Assembly: GCA_021818075.1 (NCBI GenBank)
Contig: JAKAFD010000001.1
Coordinates: forward strand, 1 to 33,601
DNA: 33,601 nt
Direction: 5' to 3'
DNA from: a bacterium
GTDB taxonomy: Bacteria; Patescibacteriota; Patescibacteriia; Patescibacteriales; Patescibacteriaceae
Shown: positions 31,228 to 33,601 of the stretch, in pieces
Numbering within the stretch: the stretch's first letter is position 1
Layout of the letters: each line of letters starts with the position of its first letter
Made by a program: the position numbers and the translations under genes
The notes under the pieces: generated by a model
What the model was told of the DNA's origin: nothing
What the model saw: only the letters and a program-made list of their open reading frames with translations
Database searches by the model: none

Positions 31228-31857
31228 TTATTTGGAATAGAATTCCACCACGGCGGAAATATTAATTGATTTATCAACATCGTCGGCTGACGGCGCGTGC
31301 AGCACCTTGCCTTCCATATCCTCGGCCTTAAAATACAACCATCCTGGTACTTCCACTCGCTTCAGTTTGTCGGCCAAATTAGTGAAGGTTTTCTTTTGGC
31401 GTTTGTTTTTCTTAATAGCGATAACATCGCCGGCGCGCACCTGATAAGAAGGAATATCAACCAATTTGTTGTTGACGGTAAACATGCCGTGGCCGACCAT
31501 CTGGCGCGCTTCGGCGCGCGACACGGCCAAGCCCAGGCGATAAATAACATTATCCAGTCTGGTTTCCAACATTTGCAGCAAGTGCTCACCGGCATCGCCT
31601 TTGCGGCCGGCGCGTTCAAACATCAGCCGGAATTGTTTTTCCCGCATACCGTACATCCGTTTGGCTTTCTGTTTTTCCGCCAACTGCTGGCTATACTGGC
31701 TGGCTTTGCCGCGCTGTTTCTTGGTGCCGTGCATACCGGCCGGATAATTGCGGGAAACCAAAGTACACTTAGGCGAATTGCATTTCTCGCCCTTGAGCAT
31801 TAATTTTTTGCCGGCCTTGCGGCACCAGCGGCATTTGGCATCAGATAAAGTTGACAT
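31228..31857 (-). CDS. rpsD: Ribosomal protein S4
   Basis: 209 aa; SQYSQQLAEKQKAKRMYG, LETRLDNVIYRLGLA.SR.EARQ.V.HG. Confidence 0.92.
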   Translation of the reverse strand: MSTLSDAKCRWCRKAGKKLMLKGEKCNSPKCTLVSRNYPAGMHGTKKQRGKASQYSQQLAEKQKAKRMYGMREKQFRLMFERAGRKGDAGEHLLQMLETRLDNVIYRLGLAVSRAEARQMVGHGMFTVNNKLVDIPSYQVRAGDVIAIKKNKRQKKTFTNLADKLKRVEVPGWLYFKAEDMEGKVLHAPSADDVDKSINISAVVEFYSK

Positions 31858-31861
31858 AAAT

Positions 31862-31967
31862 AAATGTAAAAACTAAAAGGTAAAAGGGTAAAACTTTGGT
31901 GTCGCTGCGCGACGAATTATTTTATTTTTTTTCATATTCTTTTTACATTTTACCTTTTACTTTTGAG
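31862..31967. promoter_or_regulatory. Symmetric intergenic element: 3x GTAAAA, a GC hairpin, 3x TTTTAC
   Basis: GTAAAA at 31866, 31880, 31888; GTCGC-tgc-GCGAC at 31901-31913; TTTTAC at 31941, 31948, 31955. Confidence 0.4.
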
Positions 31968-31971
31968 TTTA

Positions 31972-32517
31972 TTAAACCCGTCTCGGTTTCTTGCGGCGGC
32001 AGCCGTTATGAGGAATAGGGGTAATATCTTTAATAAAAGTGACATTTAAACCATTGGCGTTTAACGACCGGATAGCCGATTCGCGGCCGGTGCCCACGCC
32101 CTTAACAAACACGCTGACTTCGCCCAGACCGTACTCTTTGGCTTTCAAGACCGCCAATTTGGTAATAATGGTGGCGGCGTACGGCGTTGATTTCTTCGGG
32201 CCTTTGAAACCGGCCATGCCGGCCGAAGACCAGGACAAAACATTGCCGTCCAAATCGGTCAAAGTGACAATTGTGTTATTGTAAGTTGAATTGATAAAAG
32301 CTTTGCCGACCGATACCCGTTTATCAGCTTTCTTTTTCCGCTTGCCTTTCAGTTTCTTAACCGGTTTGGAGGCGGCTTTCTTTTCCAGCTTTTTTTTCAA
32401 TTCTTCCGGCAAATCATCAAGCGAATCATCCGCCGGTTTGGCGGCAGTCTCTGCCGACAGATTTAATTCTTCTTTAATGTCGGTGGCGATTTCCGGATTG
32501 TTGGTTTCATTTATCAT
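31972..32517 (-). CDS. rpsK: Ribosomal protein S11 with an N-terminal extension of about 60 aa
   Basis: Core [39 protein letters not shown]...[18 protein letters not shown]. Confidence 0.92.
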   Translation of the reverse strand: MINETNNPEIATDIKEELNLSAETAAKPADDSLDDLPEELKKKLEKKAASKPVKKLKGKRKKKADKRVSVGKAFINSTYNNTIVTLTDLDGNVLSWSSAGMAGFKGPKKSTPYAATIITKLAVLKAKEYGLGEVSVFVKGVGTGRESAIRSLNANGLNVTFIKDITPIPHNGCRRKKPRRV

Positions 32518-32526
32518 AATAAAATT

Positions 32527-32919
32527 CTATGTTTTTTGAGCGGCCATTTTCTTGCCGGAAGTGGCGGTGCGCCGGACATTGCCCCGCACGGTGCGATTAT
32601 TGGTTTTGGTGCGCTGACCGCGAACCGGCAGACCTTTGGCGTGCCGCAAACCGCGGTAAGCGCCGATATCCTTCATCCGTTTAATGTTGGCGGAAACATC
32701 GCGGCGTAAATCGCCTTCCACGCGATGCTGTTTTTCAATCAGAGTGCGCAAAGCGTTAACTTCCGTTTCCGGCAAATCTTTAACGCGGGTATTGGGATTA
32801 ACTTTCGCTTCGGCCAAAATTTTCTTGGCGGTCGTTAAACCGATGCCAAAAATATAGGTTAAGGCAACCTCGACTCTTTTTTCATTGGGTATAACAACAC
32901 CGGCGATTCTTACTGCCAT
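32527..32919 (-). CDS. rpsM: Ribosomal protein S13
   Basis: [24 protein letters not shown]...A..IL; [18 protein letters not shown]. Confidence 0.92.
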   Translation of the reverse strand: MAVRIAGVVIPNEKRVEVALTYIFGIGLTTAKKILAEAKVNPNTRVKDLPETEVNALRTLIEKQHRVEGDLRRDVSANIKRMKDIGAYRGLRHAKGLPVRGQRTKTNNRTVRGNVRRTATSGKKMAAQKT

Positions 32920-32923
32920 AAAT

Positions 32924-33037
32924 TTAACCTTGTCTTTGTTTATGCTTCGGTTCTTTGCAAATAACCCAAACCCGGCCTTTGCGGCGCAGGACCTTGCAAT
33001 CTTTGCAAATTTTCTTAACTGAAGCTCTGACTTTCAT
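32924..33037 (-). CDS. rpmJ: Ribosomal protein L36 (37 aa, below the ORF-track cutoff)
   Basis: My translation: [37 protein letters not shown]. Confidence 0.9.
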   Translation of the reverse strand: MKVRASVKKICKDCKVLRRKGRVWVICKEPKHKQRQG

Positions 33038-33093
33038 AATATTTTTAAAAATAAAAAACTTTAGGCTGGATATTTCAGACTGTGCTTTAACGC

Positions 33094-33336
33094 TTAGAGT
33101 CTGTAAGTTATCCGACCTTTGCTTAAATCGTAGGGGCTCATTTCAATCTTGACCTTATCACCGGGAGCCAGCCTGATTTTGTTCATTCGCATTCGGCCCG
33201 ACAAATAAGCCAGGATTTCGTGCTCATTTTCCAGACGGACTTTAAAAGAGGTTCCGGGCATGAGTTCAACGACTTCACCCGTGACCTCTATGAAATCCTT
33301 GGAGTTAGATTGTTGATTTGGTTCGCTTACTGCCAT
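33094..33336 (-). CDS. infA: Translation initiation factor IF-1
   Basis: 80 aa; [64 protein letters not shown]. Confidence 0.92.
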   Translation of the reverse strand: MAVSEPNQQSNSKDFIEVTGEVVELMPGTSFKVRLENEHEILAYLSGRMRMNKIRLAPGDKVKIEMSPYDLSKGRITYRL

Positions 33337-33406
33337 TAAAGGCTAAATTATCTTGTGTTTAACAAAAAATAATAAATTAAAACCAAGTTTAATTTATCAC
33401 TGCTTA

Positions 33407-33435
33407 ATTATATAGTTAATCTATAATAATGTCAA
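33407..33435 (-). promoter_or_regulatory. Consensus sigma70 promoter upstream of infA
   Basis: Minus strand: TTGACA (33435-33430), exactly 17 nt, TATAAT (33412-33407). Confidence 0.65.
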
Positions 33436-33494
33436 GCTATTTGGGCTAATCTTAGCTATTATTATTTTTAGTTTAAAATTAGCTAAAAAATAAA

Positions 33495-33528
33495 CAAAAA
33501 GAACCCTTTTAATTGTTATTATGGGTTC
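33495..33528 (-). terminator. Intrinsic terminator of the gene that runs off the right edge
   Basis: Minus strand: AGAACCC-16 nt-GGGTTCT followed by TTTTTGTTTATTTTTT. Confidence 0.55.
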
Positions 33529-33529
33529 T

Positions 33530-33601
33530 TTATAAAGAGGTTTTTACCTGCTTATCACCCGCTCCTAGGGTTTTGTCCAGTTCGGCAAAACTCTGAAGAG
33601 A
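33530..33601 (-). CDS. 3' end of an unidentified CDS truncated by the window edge
   Basis: Open frame ...SLQSFAELDKTLGAGDKQVKTSL-stop; by operon convention map or adk could sit here, but the fragment is not diagnostic. Confidence 0.3.
   Translation of the reverse strand, partial: SLQSFAELDKTLGAGDKQVKTSL

Noticed and set aside
31297-31803. 168-aa plus-strand ORF and 85-aa minus-strand ORF overlapping rpsD
   Set aside because: rpsD is unambiguous in its own frame, so the others are shadow frames.

Overview
This 33.6-kb chromosomal segment looks like it comes from a small-genome CPR/Patescibacteria-type bacterium. That is an inference from gene content, short intergenic gaps, extended ribosomal proteins and many short GC-rich palindromic repeats. 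Almost all genes are on the minus strand. Core blocks: (i) serS, a lysS-HD fusion, greA and an FtsQ-like gene (2.4-8.6 kb). (ii) A cell-envelope glycan cluster with an O-antigen-ligase-like protein, GT2, GT4 and a Wzx-like flippase (8.7-12.0 and 21.5-22.9 kb). (iii) A UvrD-type helicase with an embedded DEDD exonuclease (25.2-27.6 kb). (iv) A compact infA-rpmJ-rpsM-rpsK-rpsD-rpoA-rplQ-rplM-rpsI string (29.1-33.3 kb). Accessory material: a clearly AT-richer gene string of about 6.8 kb (14.64-21.45 kb) starts right after an unusual tRNA-Arg-like gene that carries a 59-nt insertion. This string encodes a HIT protein, an HTH/Doc toxin-antitoxin pair with a perfect palindromic operator, a GNAT surrounded by small membrane proteins, a Cys-rich secreted protein, a methyltransferase gene fragment, and a three-gene module with two different Rx4H (HEPN-motif) proteins. 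The HEPN module is my best candidate for an undescribed defence-type system. Other notable points: three tandem cassettes of small 2-TM proteins with nearly identical promoter, leader and terminator (0.84-2.09 kb), plus a fourth copy of the leader at 23.1 kb. There are also two families of GC-rich hairpin repeats; one copy lies in frame inside a membrane-protein gene and others bracket a stand-alone GIY-YIG nuclease. RpoA has no C-terminal domain. No rRNA, CRISPR array, integrase or transposase was seen. All family assignments come from reading motifs by eye; no database search was run.
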